A DNA stretch of 64,000 bases from Candidatus Thalassarchaeum sp. (GCA_022449345.1 JAKURL010000007.1:23163-87162), one strand, 5' to 3'; positions 1 through 9,206 are shown, counted from the first letter of the stretch. Numbers and translations: made by a program. Notes: a model not told the origin generated them from the sequence alone.

Positions 1-435
1 TTGACTGTGCATGAAAATCTGCAAATGGGTGGCAACATGTTACCAACAAGTGTGCTTGCAGAAAGAATCGATCGCGCGTTGAATATGTTCCCAGATTTGC
101 AACAGCGCACTCATGACCTCGCTGCTTCGCTCTCCGGTGGTGAGCGTCAGATGCTAGCAATCTCTCGTGCGTTAATTTCTGACCCAACTTTCCTATTGCT
201 AGACGAACCTACGGCTGCACTTTCGCCTCTCTATCAGCAGCAAATTATCGAGCGAATTGATGCTTTGCGTGAAGAGGGAATTACAGTCTTAATTGTCGAA
301 CAAAACGCTAGATTAAGCCTTGCTAGGTCCGATCGAGGATACATTTTCGCAAGTGGAAAGGTAGTGCACACAGGAGATGCTCAACACATCCTTACTGATC
401 CTGAAATCGGCGAGTATTTCCTCGGCTCTCATTGA
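1..435 (+). CDS. livF: Branched-chain amino acid ABC transporter ATP-binding protein, LivF-like (5'-truncated at window edge)
   Basis: ABC signature LSGGERQML, Walker B LLLDEPT and the LivF-type IVEQN switch; Walker A lies outside the window. Confidence 0.8.
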   Translation: MTVHENLQMGGNMLPTSVLAERIDRALNMFPDLQQRTHDLAASLSGGERQMLAISRALISDPTFLLLDEPTAALSPLYQQQIIERIDALREEGITVLIVEQNARLSLARSDRGYIFASGKVVHTGDAQHILTDPEIGEYFLGSH

Positions 436-439
436 ATGC

Positions 440-1051
440 TTAGCGAGCCAGAACTCTATGCACTGCAAGAGGGATGAAATGCAGAGATTCTGCCAACCTA
501 TGTCCATCTTCGACCTCGATGAGTTCGACAATCGGATTCGAGGTCGAGACCTTTCGTGAAGATTCGATAGGCACGATATCGTCTTGGTTGCCGTGAATGA
601 TCACTGTAGGATGGTAGAGGCTCGGCCAAGACATCTCATCTGCAGTTGTGATGAAGTCCCAACCAAATTTCACCTCATGACCGAATCCATGGTGGAAGTA
701 AGAGTGCGAGTCGAGTTTTTGCCATTCTCGCAAGCCTTCCTCGCCAATCATTGAGCGAAAATTCTCCGCCAGACCGAATGCTGGTGCCATCAGAACGATG
801 CGAAGCTCGCGGTCAGAGAATCTATGCGAAGCATTGGCGATTGCAAGCCCCCCATATGATGAACCCATTATCACATCCAAGTCATTATTGTTTGAAATTG
901 CTTCAGCGACTACTTCGGTTTGGTCGGCAATGCTCCAACCCCTGTCACTCATCGCCGGAGAAACAACTTCCCAGCCTAAATTCTCAGCAATCCATGTCGG
1001 CTTCGAGCCATTTGGACTTCCCTCTAAGCCGTGAGCCCAGAGGACCTTCAC
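440..1051 (-). CDS. Alpha/beta hydrolase (YqiA/YcfP-like esterase)
   Basis: HGLEGSP oxyanion region, GSSYGG nucleophile elbow, HGNQDDIVP acid and DGH catalytic His. Confidence 0.85.
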   Translation of the reverse strand: MKVLWAHGLEGSPNGSKPTWIAENLGWEVVSPAMSDRGWSIADQTEVVAEAISNNNDLDVIMGSSYGGLAIANASHRFSDRELRIVLMAPAFGLAENFRSMIGEEGLREWQKLDSHSYFHHGFGHEVKFGWDFITTADEMSWPSLYHPTVIIHGNQDDIVPIESSRKVSTSNPIVELIEVEDGHRLAESLHFIPLAVHRVLAR

Positions 1052-1055
1052 AGAA

Positions 1056-1484
1056 TCACTCCAAATGACAAAACTTCAGGGCCACGAAGTCGGTTCCAGT
1101 CGGCTCTCTGCGCATCGATTCAGCATCCATCGCTCGCAGATGAATCTCGCCGACGACGTGAATTGTTGCGTGGAATAGGTGTCCGCCATGAACCACATGT
1201 CCATTGTCAGACATCAAAGTGTGAATGTGGGTGAATGGCCCATCTGGGCTGGGAATTAAATTGCCTTGAGTTGACAGCAGTTCCATTGGTCCAGCATGGT
1301 CTAGGGTTTGGTAAACTCCGTCCGAATCAAGATATCCCATACGGATGTCTCGTACTCTTCCGATACCACTGGTGATTGCAGCACATTCGATCCCATGTTC
1401 GGCCAAACTCTGAATTGAGGCGTGAATCTCTTCCCCAGGATCGAGCCTCAAAATCACATCATCACCCTCGCGAATAAATTCCAT
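1056..1484 (-). CDS. PPC/DUF296 domain protein
   Basis: LRLDPGEEI, ELLSTQGN, HIH and GGHL motifs; start moved to the ATG at 1484. Confidence 0.85.
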   Translation of the reverse strand: MEFIREGDDVILRLDPGEEIHASIQSLAEHGIECAAITSGIGRVRDIRMGYLDSDGVYQTLDHAGPMELLSTQGNLIPSPDGPFTHIHTLMSDNGHVVHGGHLFHATIHVVGEIHLRAMDAESMRREPTGTDFVALKFCHLE

Positions 1485-1526
1485 AAGTGGGCGACCGAGT
1501 TCCCGTGCTTGAATCAATCCCAGGGT

Positions 1527-1635
1527 GCGCTTCCTCTGGGTGTCGACAAACTAACGTTTTTCCTGCAGTGGAAGCGCTCAGGCCCACATTCTGGCGACGT
1601 GTAGCGGTCAAAACTTCCAGTGGAAGAAGGGGGGT
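1527..1635. promoter_or_regulatory. Cluster of ORB/mini-ORB-like boxes (putative Orc1/Cdc6 binding sites, candidate replication origin)
   Basis: TTCCAGTGGAAGAAGGGGGG at 1615-1634 matches the archaeal ORB core plus G-string; inverted pair GCGCTTCCTCTG (1527-1538) / CAGTGGAAGCGC (1566-1577); intergenic, directly upstream of mcm. Confidence 0.6.
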
Positions 1636-1701
1636 CGAGTGAATCATCCGCTTTGTTCATAGACTACGGATTATCACTTCCCTTGCCCGGCGGTGAAATC
1701 T

Positions 1702-3861
1702 ATGACGATGGCAGCACATGACTCCTCGGCTAGGTGGCGGACTTTCTTCACCGAAGCTAAAGAGGCGGAGATAGTTCCACTTCTGTCGAAGCAGTCTGAA
1801 AATGCTGTGCTTGACATTACTTTCCACGAACTTCAGGCATTTGACCCTGAGTTCGCTGAAGACGTTCTTAGCAACCCTCGCAAGATTATCAACAACGGTC
1901 GAAATACCCTAACTGAAATTTGTCGGGAGCGCGGTGAAGACCTTGACTGCCTAATTCGTGTTGGGGAGTTGCCTAAGGATAGCCGCCGTGATCTGAGAGA
2001 TATGGGCAGCCGAGACATCGAAACTCTCCGAAGTGCAGAAATCATAGTTACAAAAATCAGCGAAATCAAGCCTAGAATTCATCGAGCGGTATTCCAATGT
2101 GAGAACTGTGGTCATTCCGTCGAGATGATTCAAGACAATGAAAGAGAATTGAAAGAACCGCTAAAGTGCCCCGAGGAAACTGGTTGTGGAGAGTCTGCCG
2201 GGCGTTCAGGCGGAACTCGCTTCAATCTCGTAATGAACGTCTCTCGCATGGTCAACAACCAGTGGATTGAGGTTCAGGAGGTTCCTGAGAACGTGCCTAG
2301 CGGTGCCCAACCATCTCGAGGTCAAGTTCTCGTTGAGGGTGACCTCGTCAACAAACATCTGCCAGGTCAGAGAGTTGTGATCAACGTCATTCCAGTAGTT
2401 CATTCTGAGGTAAAGAGAAACAAGAAGACACCGATGTTCGATATCATCTACCACCTTGTTAGTTCCGAACACGAGAGTACTCCATTCACTGAAATCAAAA
2501 TCTCCGATGAAGATCGCCAAGCGATTATCGACATCTGTGCAAGGCCAGACCTCTTGCAATTGATGCAGCGCTCAATCGCACCCTCGGTTTACGCAACCGG
2601 AGTAGTTCATTATGTCAAGAGAAGCCTAGCCTTGCAACTATTCGGCGGCGTTTCTCGAGTAAACAAGGACGCAACCCGTTCTCGAGGTGACATTCATATC
2701 CTTCTGATGGGAGACCCCGGTGTTGCAAAGTCACAGCTTCTCAATTACATGTCAAAACTATCGCCACGAGGAATGTTCGCTACTGGTGGCGGTGTATCTG
2801 GTGCTGGACTTACAGCCGCCGCGGTACGAGATGAGTTCAGCGGCGGTGGACGATTCGCTTTGGAAGCGGGCATCCTTCCATTATCCGACCGAGGAATGGC
2901 TGCAATTGATGAGTTCGACAAAATCGGTGAAGAAGATAGGAGAACCATGCATCCAGCGATGGAACAACAGCGCCTAGATGTCTCAAAGGGGGGTGTCAAG
3001 GCTACCCTGAATACCCGATGCGCAATCCTTGCAGCAGCCAACCCGAAAGAGGGGCGATTCACCAGGCGCGGAGCAAATGAAAGCGTCATGCACTCCTACA
3101 ACGAAACCGGACTTCCACCTCCTCTTGCATCCCGATTCGACATTATTTGGATGATGCGCGATGAGGTCAGAGTAGACGACGATGAACGCATCGCTCGCCA
3201 TATTCTGGAAGTCAGAACCCAAGGGGTTAGCGAGACCAAGCTCGATGAAGTGATGGAGTTTGATCTTCGAGAAGCGGAAGAAGGAGAAATCTTTGCAGAA
3301 GGTGTTGATGGCTCTCAGCACCTCACTATTGAGTTCCTCAGAAAGTACATCGCCTACGCAAAGAGAAGTATCAATCCAGACCTAAGCGACGATGCTAAGG
3401 CAATGATTCTCGAGTACTATACCAAGGAAAGGCAGTCATTCGGCCGAGATCAGCAACAATACACAGAGACGGATGTAATTCCGATTACTCCTCGTGCCTT
3501 AGAGGCACTAATTCGATTGACAGAAGCCCATGCTAGAATGCATCTTCGAGAAGTAGCCCTTGCAGACGATGCAAAGATGGCACTTGCAATCTTCAGGCAT
3601 TGGCGTGAAGAAGCAGGAATTGAGGACGATTCGGAATTGGTTTCGGGTGTATCCGTCAGCCAAAGAAATGCAGGTAATATGGTAAGGTCAGTTATCCGAG
3701 ATTTGTGTAGCGACAAGGGCGTTGCAGAGTTAACTGAGATTCTCAATCGCTGTGAGACTCGTGGAGTTAAGGAATACCAAGTCGAAGAAGTCCTTTCAAG
3801 AATGCTGCAAGGCGGCGAATTATTCGAGATTTCACATGAGCGGTATTCCTTCGCCCGTTGA
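1702..3861 (+). CDS. mcm: MCM replicative helicase
   Basis: Zn finger CENC...CPEETGC, Walker A GDPGVAKSQ, Walker B IDEFDK, AAANP, SRFD arginine finger, ITPRALEALIRL and C-terminal winged helix. Confidence 0.97.
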   Translation: MTMAAHDSSARWRTFFTEAKEAEIVPLLSKQSENAVLDITFHELQAFDPEFAEDVLSNPRKIINNGRNTLTEICRERGEDLDCLIRVGELPKDSRRDLRDMGSRDIETLRSAEIIVTKISEIKPRIHRAVFQCENCGHSVEMIQDNERELKEPLKCPEETGCGESAGRSGGTRFNLVMNVSRMVNNQWIEVQEVPENVPSGAQPSRGQVLVEGDLVNKHLPGQRVVINVIPVVHSEVKRNKKTPMFDIIYHLVSSEHESTPFTEIKISDEDRQAIIDICARPDLLQLMQRSIAPSVYATGVVHYVKRSLALQLFGGVSRVNKDATRSRGDIHILLMGDPGVAKSQLLNYMSKLSPRGMFATGGGVSGAGLTAAAVRDEFSGGGRFALEAGILPLSDRGMAAIDEFDKIGEEDRRTMHPAMEQQRLDVSKGGVKATLNTRCAILAAANPKEGRFTRRGANESVMHSYNETGLPPPLASRFDIIWMMRDEVRVDDDERIARHILEVRTQGVSETKLDEVMEFDLREAEEGEIFAEGVDGSQHLTIEFLRKYIAYAKRSINPDLSDDAKAMILEYYTKERQSFGRDQQQYTETDVIPITPRALEALIRLTEAHARMHLREVALADDAKMALAIFRHWREEAGIEDDSELVSGVSVSQRNAGNMVRSVIRDLCSDKGVAELTEILNRCETRGVKEYQVEEVLSRMLQGGELFEISHERYSFAR

Positions 3862-3865
3862 GCCT

Positions 3866-6007
3866 ATGAGCGATGACCGCCCGCTTGATAACGTGAGCAC
3901 CAGCGAGCCGCATGGAGAGGTCGCAAATGCCTCTGAGTTAGATCCATCAGGTCTTGGCTTCATGTGCGGTCTTGAAGTCCACCAGCAACTGAACACAGGT
4001 AAGTTGCATTCTAGGATGCCGAGCATACTGTATGAAGTGGGAATCGAAGAAATTCCAGACGATTGGAAGCGTGAGGGTAGAAGGCTAAGAGCGGCTCAAG
4101 GAGAAGGCGGAAAAGTCGATGTCGCCGCTCGCTTTGAGGCTCGTAGGAATCGCTCATTTGTCTATGTTCAATCACCTAATTCTGGCTTAATCGAACTCGA
4201 TGAAGCCCCGCCATTATCACATGATGATTCGGCGGTCAAAGCAGCCTTGACGATTAGTGCAATGATGGACGCAAAGCCTGTTCCATTCCTCCAAGCGATG
4301 CGGAAAACAGTTGTCGACGGCTCCAACACCAGTGGTTTTCAGCGTACCACATTAATCGCTACAGACGGAGTAATCCAAACCCCTTCGGGAGACGTCGGTA
4401 TCGATGTCATCTGTCTTGAGGAGGACTCAGCGAGGAAGCTCGATACCCAATCCACAGATTCCGGTGAGGTGGTGATTTACACACTCGACAGACTAGGAGT
4501 CCCCCTAGTCGAGATTGCGACCGCCCCTGATGTACAAACACCAGAACACGCAAAGGAGACGGCCCTAGCTCTCGGAACTTTCCTTCGAGATACTCGGATG
4601 GTGCGCCGTGGTCTCGGTTCAATCCGTCAAGATCTGAATGTAAGTATCGCCTGCGGCGATCGTGTCGAAATCAAGGGCTGTCAGGATTTGGATTGGATTC
4701 CACGAATCATCCGCCTCGAGATGTCTCGCCAGTTGCATATGTATCGCCTTGCCAACGAATTGCGAGAAGAGGCTGGCCTACCAGCATTACCACCCGACCG
4801 TAGGGACGACCAGATTCCGGTTGAGAATCGAGTTGCTAGAGCGGTCGAGAGCAGAATACCGATGCAACTTCACGATATGACCACCATTTTCGATGGTTGC
4901 ACCTCTACAATGGTTGAACGAGCTCTCACCCGAGGATCACTTGTCAAGGCAACAATCTTGCCTAGATTTTCCGGAAAGATTGGCACCAAGCAGATGGATG
5001 AGGAAGACTCTCAACTACCAAGGTTAGGAAGAGAATTGGCCGGCGCGGCCAAATTAGCAGGTGTTGCCGGCATTTTCCACTCCGATGAATTGCCAGCGTA
5101 TGGTATCGACCAAAATCTCGTAGATTCGGTTAGGTCAAGCCTTGAAATCGAAGAAAACGATGCATTCGTCCTCTGCGTCGCACCAGAATGGCAAGCCGAC
5201 TTGGCTCTTGAATCGGTCATCGAACGTGCTCGCAAGGCATACCATCGAATCCCGAAAGAGGTTCGTAATGTCGTAATCCGCAAGGGCGCGCCGGAGGATG
5301 GAACAACCACTGCCATGAGACCACTTCCTGGCGGCGCTCGAATGTATCCCGAGACCGACATTCCTGTGGTACCGTTAGATGAAGATCGATGGTCTTCAAT
5401 CAGCGATGAACTTCCGTTAAATCGAATCCAGAGAATAGAGCGCCTGAGTTCATACGACATTTCGGACAATCAAATAGAGGCATTAATCGGCGCAGAATTG
5501 GATGACATACTTGTGATTGCTATCGAGGGTGGTCCATGCGGAACACCGGGCATACCTGCCAAGGCGATGGCCTCAGCTCTTCTAGACAATACCAGAGAGG
5601 AGATCTCCGAAAGCACAGAATTCAGTGCGGAAAATATCCCCATGCCAATCCTCACCTTATCTCTTCACGCGCGCGAGGAAGGCATCATCACTCGCGAAGG
5701 ACTTGTGCCGATGGCCCGCAGTCTTTTGATTGAAGGACCATCTTACAAAGAAGCTGAATTCCCTGAGCGCCTCAAATGGTTCAGCGAGAAAGCTGAGGCG
5801 GACGGATACACTCCAGCCGACTCATCGGCGGTCGAAGACGCGGTTGACGAAATTCTCGCAGATCGCGCCGACTTCGTTGCAGAGCGTGGCTTGGGCGCGA
5901 TTGGACCTCTGATGGGTGTGGTCATGGGCAAGTTAGGTGGGGCAGCAGACGGAAAGGTAGTCAGCGAGGTTTTGAAACAGAAAATCAGTGAACTGATTGA
6001 AGATTGA
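3866..6007 (+). CDS. gatE: Glutamyl-tRNA(Gln) amidotransferase subunit E
   Basis: GLEVHQQL, MRKTVVDGSNTSGFQRT, LEEDSAR, IRQDLNVSI, HSDELPAYGI, RPLPGGARMYPETD and a Yqey-like tail; start at the ATG 4 nt after the mcm stop. Confidence 0.96.
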   Translation: MSDDRPLDNVSTSEPHGEVANASELDPSGLGFMCGLEVHQQLNTGKLHSRMPSILYEVGIEEIPDDWKREGRRLRAAQGEGGKVDVAARFEARRNRSFVYVQSPNSGLIELDEAPPLSHDDSAVKAALTISAMMDAKPVPFLQAMRKTVVDGSNTSGFQRTTLIATDGVIQTPSGDVGIDVICLEEDSARKLDTQSTDSGEVVIYTLDRLGVPLVEIATAPDVQTPEHAKETALALGTFLRDTRMVRRGLGSIRQDLNVSIACGDRVEIKGCQDLDWIPRIIRLEMSRQLHMYRLANELREEAGLPALPPDRRDDQIPVENRVARAVESRIPMQLHDMTTIFDGCTSTMVERALTRGSLVKATILPRFSGKIGTKQMDEEDSQLPRLGRELAGAAKLAGVAGIFHSDELPAYGIDQNLVDSVRSSLEIEENDAFVLCVAPEWQADLALESVIERARKAYHRIPKEVRNVVIRKGAPEDGTTTAMRPLPGGARMYPETDIPVVPLDEDRWSSISDELPLNRIQRIERLSSYDISDNQIEALIGAELDDILVIAIEGGPCGTPGIPAKAMASALLDNTREEISESTEFSAENIPMPILTLSLHAREEGIITREGLVPMARSLLIEGPSYKEAEFPERLKWFSEKAEADGYTPADSSAVEDAVDEILADRADFVAERGLGAIGPLMGVVMGKLGGAADGKVVSEVLKQKISELIED

Positions 6008-6070
6008 GCCTAGATTTTTACAGCCCTCATCAACTAACTTCTTAGACCCAACTCAACACCAAAAAACTCC

Positions 6071-6628
6071 ATGTCGGATAATCTCAAACCGCTATCTGTA
6101 ATTGCAGTAATTGCATTGATTATCCTAGCCCCTGCAATTCGAGATGCTTTGAGAGAAGAAGCAGCGACTTATGTCGATGATAGCGAATCCTCACACGATG
6201 GTTTACCGGAGTCATGGAATGATACGCAAGTCTTCTGTGTTCTATTCCCAGACCAAACTTCTCATCCCAAGTTTACATCTGGAGTTACTATGATTGAGCA
6301 GGATGGTTCGACACTCGGAACAAACTCAGAGTACAACGGCACAGGCGCTTGTGCGGGGGGTTTCTCAGGTTTTGAGAATGGGTTAGATTTGATGGACGCT
6401 GCAGTGAATTCCTCTGGCACTGACTTAGTTTACAACTTGACAGAATTCTCATTCGGCTTACAAATTGACTCGATAGGGGGCATCGAACCATGCGATGCTA
6501 CCGAGTGTTCTGACTCATCGGGCGCTTACTGGGCTCTCTACCACAACGGGGGGACATCTTTGGTTGGAATCAGTGATATAATTCTCTCAGAAGGCGATGT
6601 TCTATTGTGGCAGATTGCCACATGGTGA
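6071..6628 (+). CDS. Membrane-anchored DUF4430 (transcobalamin C-terminal-like) domain protein
   Basis: N-terminal hydrophobic helix; C-terminal GLQIDSIGGI...YWALYHNG...VGISDIILSEGDVLLW pattern typical of DUF4430. Confidence 0.7.
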   Translation: MSDNLKPLSVIAVIALIILAPAIRDALREEAATYVDDSESSHDGLPESWNDTQVFCVLFPDQTSHPKFTSGVTMIEQDGSTLGTNSEYNGTGACAGGFSGFENGLDLMDAAVNSSGTDLVYNLTEFSFGLQIDSIGGIEPCDATECSDSSGAYWALYHNGGTSLVGISDIILSEGDVLLWQIATW

Positions 6629-6688
6629 GAGGGGATACTCAGCAACCATCAAGTGCGACTAGACATCCAGATAGAACGGGGTTCAGCC

Positions 6689-7345
6689 ATGTACGACTTC
6701 CACAACGTCGCATTGACTCCTACACAGAGCCTATTGCTGAACATTTGCATCCTCTCCGTAATCGTCTTCGCTGTGCTCCGTAGCGAGCGAAGATTGGATG
6801 ATTATAACCCAATTGCAATGCTTGGTGTCTTGGCTATTTTCGGAATTGCCGGCCGAATTCTTCTCGATCCAATTCCTAACTTCCAGCCAGTCACCGTAAT
6901 CGTATTACTTGCGGGAATTTACTACGGCGCTCCTCGTGCTGTTGCTCTCGCAGGCATAATCGCACTAGCCTCTAATTTCGCTGTACTCGGTCACGGACCT
7001 TGGACACTATTCCAAGTCGCAGGTTGGGGGCTGGTCGGCTTCGCAGGCGCTTTCTTCGCTGACCACCTTCTGAAGGACGGCCGCCTTCAATTGAATAGAT
7101 TGGCCGGACTAGCAATAATCTCAGCCTTCGCCTTCGATTGGGTAGTCTCATCGAGTATCCTCCTCAAGACCGATGTCTCGATGCTAGCACCATATCTTCT
7201 CAACGGCTTGCTATTCGATCTCTACCACGCCGTCGGCAACCTAGTCTTCGTCGCTTGGCTCGCCAACCCGTTGGGCGAGATTATGCTACGTCACAGGGTA
7301 GAGCCTAGTAGCCAATCGGTGAGTGAAGTTGTCACAAACAGATGA
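6689..7345 (+). CDS. ECF transporter S component, CbrT-like (probable cobalamin uptake)
   Basis: Multi-TM protein with GRILLDPIPNFQPVT, GHGPWTLFQ and FDLYHAVGN motifs typical of CbrT-like S components; follows the DUF4430 gene. Confidence 0.75.
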   Translation: MYDFHNVALTPTQSLLLNICILSVIVFAVLRSERRLDDYNPIAMLGVLAIFGIAGRILLDPIPNFQPVTVIVLLAGIYYGAPRAVALAGIIALASNFAVLGHGPWTLFQVAGWGLVGFAGAFFADHLLKDGRLQLNRLAGLAIISAFAFDWVVSSSILLKTDVSMLAPYLLNGLLFDLYHAVGNLVFVAWLANPLGEIMLRHRVEPSSQSVSEVVTNR

Positions 7346-7697
7346 AATCACAATGGTCTTGGTGACCCGAGCCGACCTCAAGCTATCCAAAGGCAAGTTA
7401 GCTGCACAATGCGGCCATGCCGTCATGGAGTGTGCTCTACGAGCGAAGAAACAAACTCCACGAGCCCTAGATAAATACCGCAGAGAAGGAGCGAGGAAGA
7501 TAGTCTGCAAAGCAGCGGATGAAGAATCACTTCGAAAGATACTGACACAGGCAAAGAAAGCAGGACTAGTTTGCTACCTAGTCAAAGATGCAGGCCACAC
7601 TGAGATTCCACCAGGTACCGTAACTGTTGTTGGTATAGGACCGGGCCTTAGGTCTGACATAGACAAGATAACCGGCGACCTGCAATTAGTCGGATAA
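7323..7697 (+). CDS. pth2: Peptidyl-tRNA hydrolase Pth2
   Basis: RADLKLSKGKLAAQCGHA and DAGHTEIPPGTVTVVGIGP motifs. Confidence 0.95.
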   Translation: MKLSQTDEITMVLVTRADLKLSKGKLAAQCGHAVMECALRAKKQTPRALDKYRREGARKIVCKAADEESLRKILTQAKKAGLVCYLVKDAGHTEIPPGTVTVVGIGPGLRSDIDKITGDLQLVG

Positions 7698-7713
7698 GCA
7701 CCCGAAACCAAAG

Positions 7714-7790
7714 AAACCCCACAGAGCGAATGCTCTGTGGGGGGTTTTGAGAATCGGCTAGACTGGGGGACCGAAGTCCCCCAGTCTGCC
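7714..7790 (-). terminator. Two tandem GC-rich hairpins between convergent genes (terminator / 3' stabiliser)
   Basis: AGACTGGGGGAC-CGAA-GTCCCCCAGTCT (7760-7787; 12-bp perfect stem, UUCG loop on - strand) and CCCCACAGAGC-GAAT-GCTCTGTGGGG (7717-7742) with T-rich flanks on both strands. Confidence 0.75.
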
Positions 7791-7825
7791 TTACGTGTTT
7801 CAGAATCCTAAATTACTGATTCAGA

Positions 7826-8422
7826 TCAAATTGCGTCATCGATCAAGCCACCAAGCATTGCACCGAGTCCAATTATGACTCCGTCCATTACCCAGTTGCT
7901 TAGACCTTCGACGATGTTGCCGCCGCCAACAAGCTCACTTGCCATCATGTCAGCACCGCCTACACCAGCTCCTAGGGAGCCAGCAAGGGCAACAACTGCG
8001 AAAGCAGTCATCCAGCCATCGCACCTGCCTGCAATTGCACCAATAAGTGCACCAGCAGCCAACATCATTACAGCGCCATCCATAGCGTTGTCTTCAGCAC
8101 CCCATACGTCGACGCCCCACATTTCTGAGTCTGCCGCTGTTACGTCGCCAGCCTCAGCCATCAGTAGCAACGCAAGCGCTGCACCGAGTACTTGGAACAG
8201 CAAGCGCATACCGTTTCCGATCCACGCATCTGTGTCCTGTAGGTCACCAGTCATTGCACTGATCCAGGTGAACATAGGCAGAACGTGTGCTCCTGCCATA
8301 GCCGCCATGACGACAGCGAGTAGTACACCCATCATCACCATGTTGTCTTCACCGAGAACCAGTAGTGACACCGCGAAAGCGCCACCAAGTTCTGCCATGT
8401 TCGTTTTCCAATCCATTTCCAT
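7826..8422 (-). CDS. Aquaporin/MIP-like membrane protein lacking NPA motifs
   Basis: AELGGAF, AGAHVLPMFT and FQVLGAALA align with MIP AEFxGTF, SGAHxNPAVT and AQxxGA; about 6 hydrophobic segments; GGAGG SD and TTATATAC TATA upstream. Confidence 0.6.
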   Translation of the reverse strand: MEMDWKTNMAELGGAFAVSLLVLGEDNMVMMGVLLAVVMAAMAGAHVLPMFTWISAMTGDLQDTDAWIGNGMRLLFQVLGAALALLLMAEAGDVTAADSEMWGVDVWGAEDNAMDGAVMMLAAGALIGAIAGRCDGWMTAFAVVALAGSLGAGVGGADMMASELVGGGNIVEGLSNWVMDGVIIGLGAMLGGLIDDAI

Positions 8423-8468
8423 ATTATTTCCTCCTCGCCTAAGCGAGTAGTTGTGGGTCTTTCGGTGA

Positions 8469-8476
8469 GTATATAA
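8469..8476 (-). promoter_or_regulatory. Putative archaeal TATA box for the MIP-like gene
   Basis: TTATATAC on the - strand about 47 nt upstream of ATG 8422, leaving a short leader that contains GAGGAGG. Confidence 0.55.
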
Positions 8477-8645
8477 TCAATGTTGCTTGAAACCCCCAAA
8501 ATAGAGTGGATTTAGCACATTTTTCCGAACGCCGGTGTTGCTGAGAACACCTGATAACGCAGATGATATCGAGTGTTGCCTAAACAATTCGGTGCTCTGC
8601 ACCGATTCGGGAACCGTCAATAATCCCAACCACCCCTCACCACCT

Positions 8646-9182
8646 ATGGTGGTGCAGGTTGAACTCGACCCTGAGGTTCGAAATAGCCTGCTTTCTGAGT
8701 GCTCAGGCCTTTCAGGCCTGGTCGATTGGTTGGATGCGATTGATCGACGTCCAGGACTAGCTGAACTCGATGTACACCTCAGAGGTATGGACGTCAACCT
8801 CGATGCGCTTCGAGAATGCATCGGCTACGCCGATGACGGATACCAGCGCAACGTAATCAAGAAATCCGAGTTCTACGAACTCGTCGCAATTTGCTGGACA
8901 CCGGGTCAAGATACTCCAATTCACGATCACGTCGGTTCTGACTGTGCTTTCCTAATCGCTGACGGCGTCTCTACAGAGACGATTTACAAATTGAATGACG
9001 AAGGCCTTGCTTTCCCAGTTGAGGTCCGCACATACCAACCTGGGGAAGTATGTGCAGCTGAGGAACCTGACATTCACCGTGTTTCTAATGACTCGGATTC
9101 AGAACTCATAAATGTGCACGTCTACACTCCCCCTCTGTACGCTTACAACATATACGCACCGGCTTCCGAGCCGACCGCGTAG
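8646..9182 (+). CDS. Cysteine dioxygenase (type I) family protein
   Basis: YQRN, WTPGQDTPIHDH, IHRVSN and HVYTPP: 3-His cupin CDO motifs. Confidence 0.85.
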   Translation: MVVQVELDPEVRNSLLSECSGLSGLVDWLDAIDRRPGLAELDVHLRGMDVNLDALRECIGYADDGYQRNVIKKSEFYELVAICWTPGQDTPIHDHVGSDCAFLIADGVSTETIYKLNDEGLAFPVEVRTYQPGEVCAAEEPDIHRVSNDSDSELINVHVYTPPLYAYNIYAPASEPTA

Positions 9183-9206
9183 CGGTCGAATTTCAATCGC
9201 GGGATT

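Noticed and set aside
1702-3861. Intein in MCM, common in archaeal MCMs
   Set aside because: Length (~720 aa) and contiguous AAA+ motifs leave no room; no intein splice-junction motifs seen
3752-3865. Long N-terminal extension of GatE in the ORF track
   Set aside because: Overlaps the mcm 3' end; the ATG at 3866 just after the mcm stop is more plausible
7826-8422. Possible proteorhodopsin, expected in marine group II archaea
   Set aside because: No RYxDW or DxxxK retinal-binding motifs; too short
7875-8450. 191-aa + strand ORF rich in Ala/Ser/Pro/Thr
   Set aside because: Antisense shadow of the MIP-like gene, which has the SD, TATA and membrane-protein pattern
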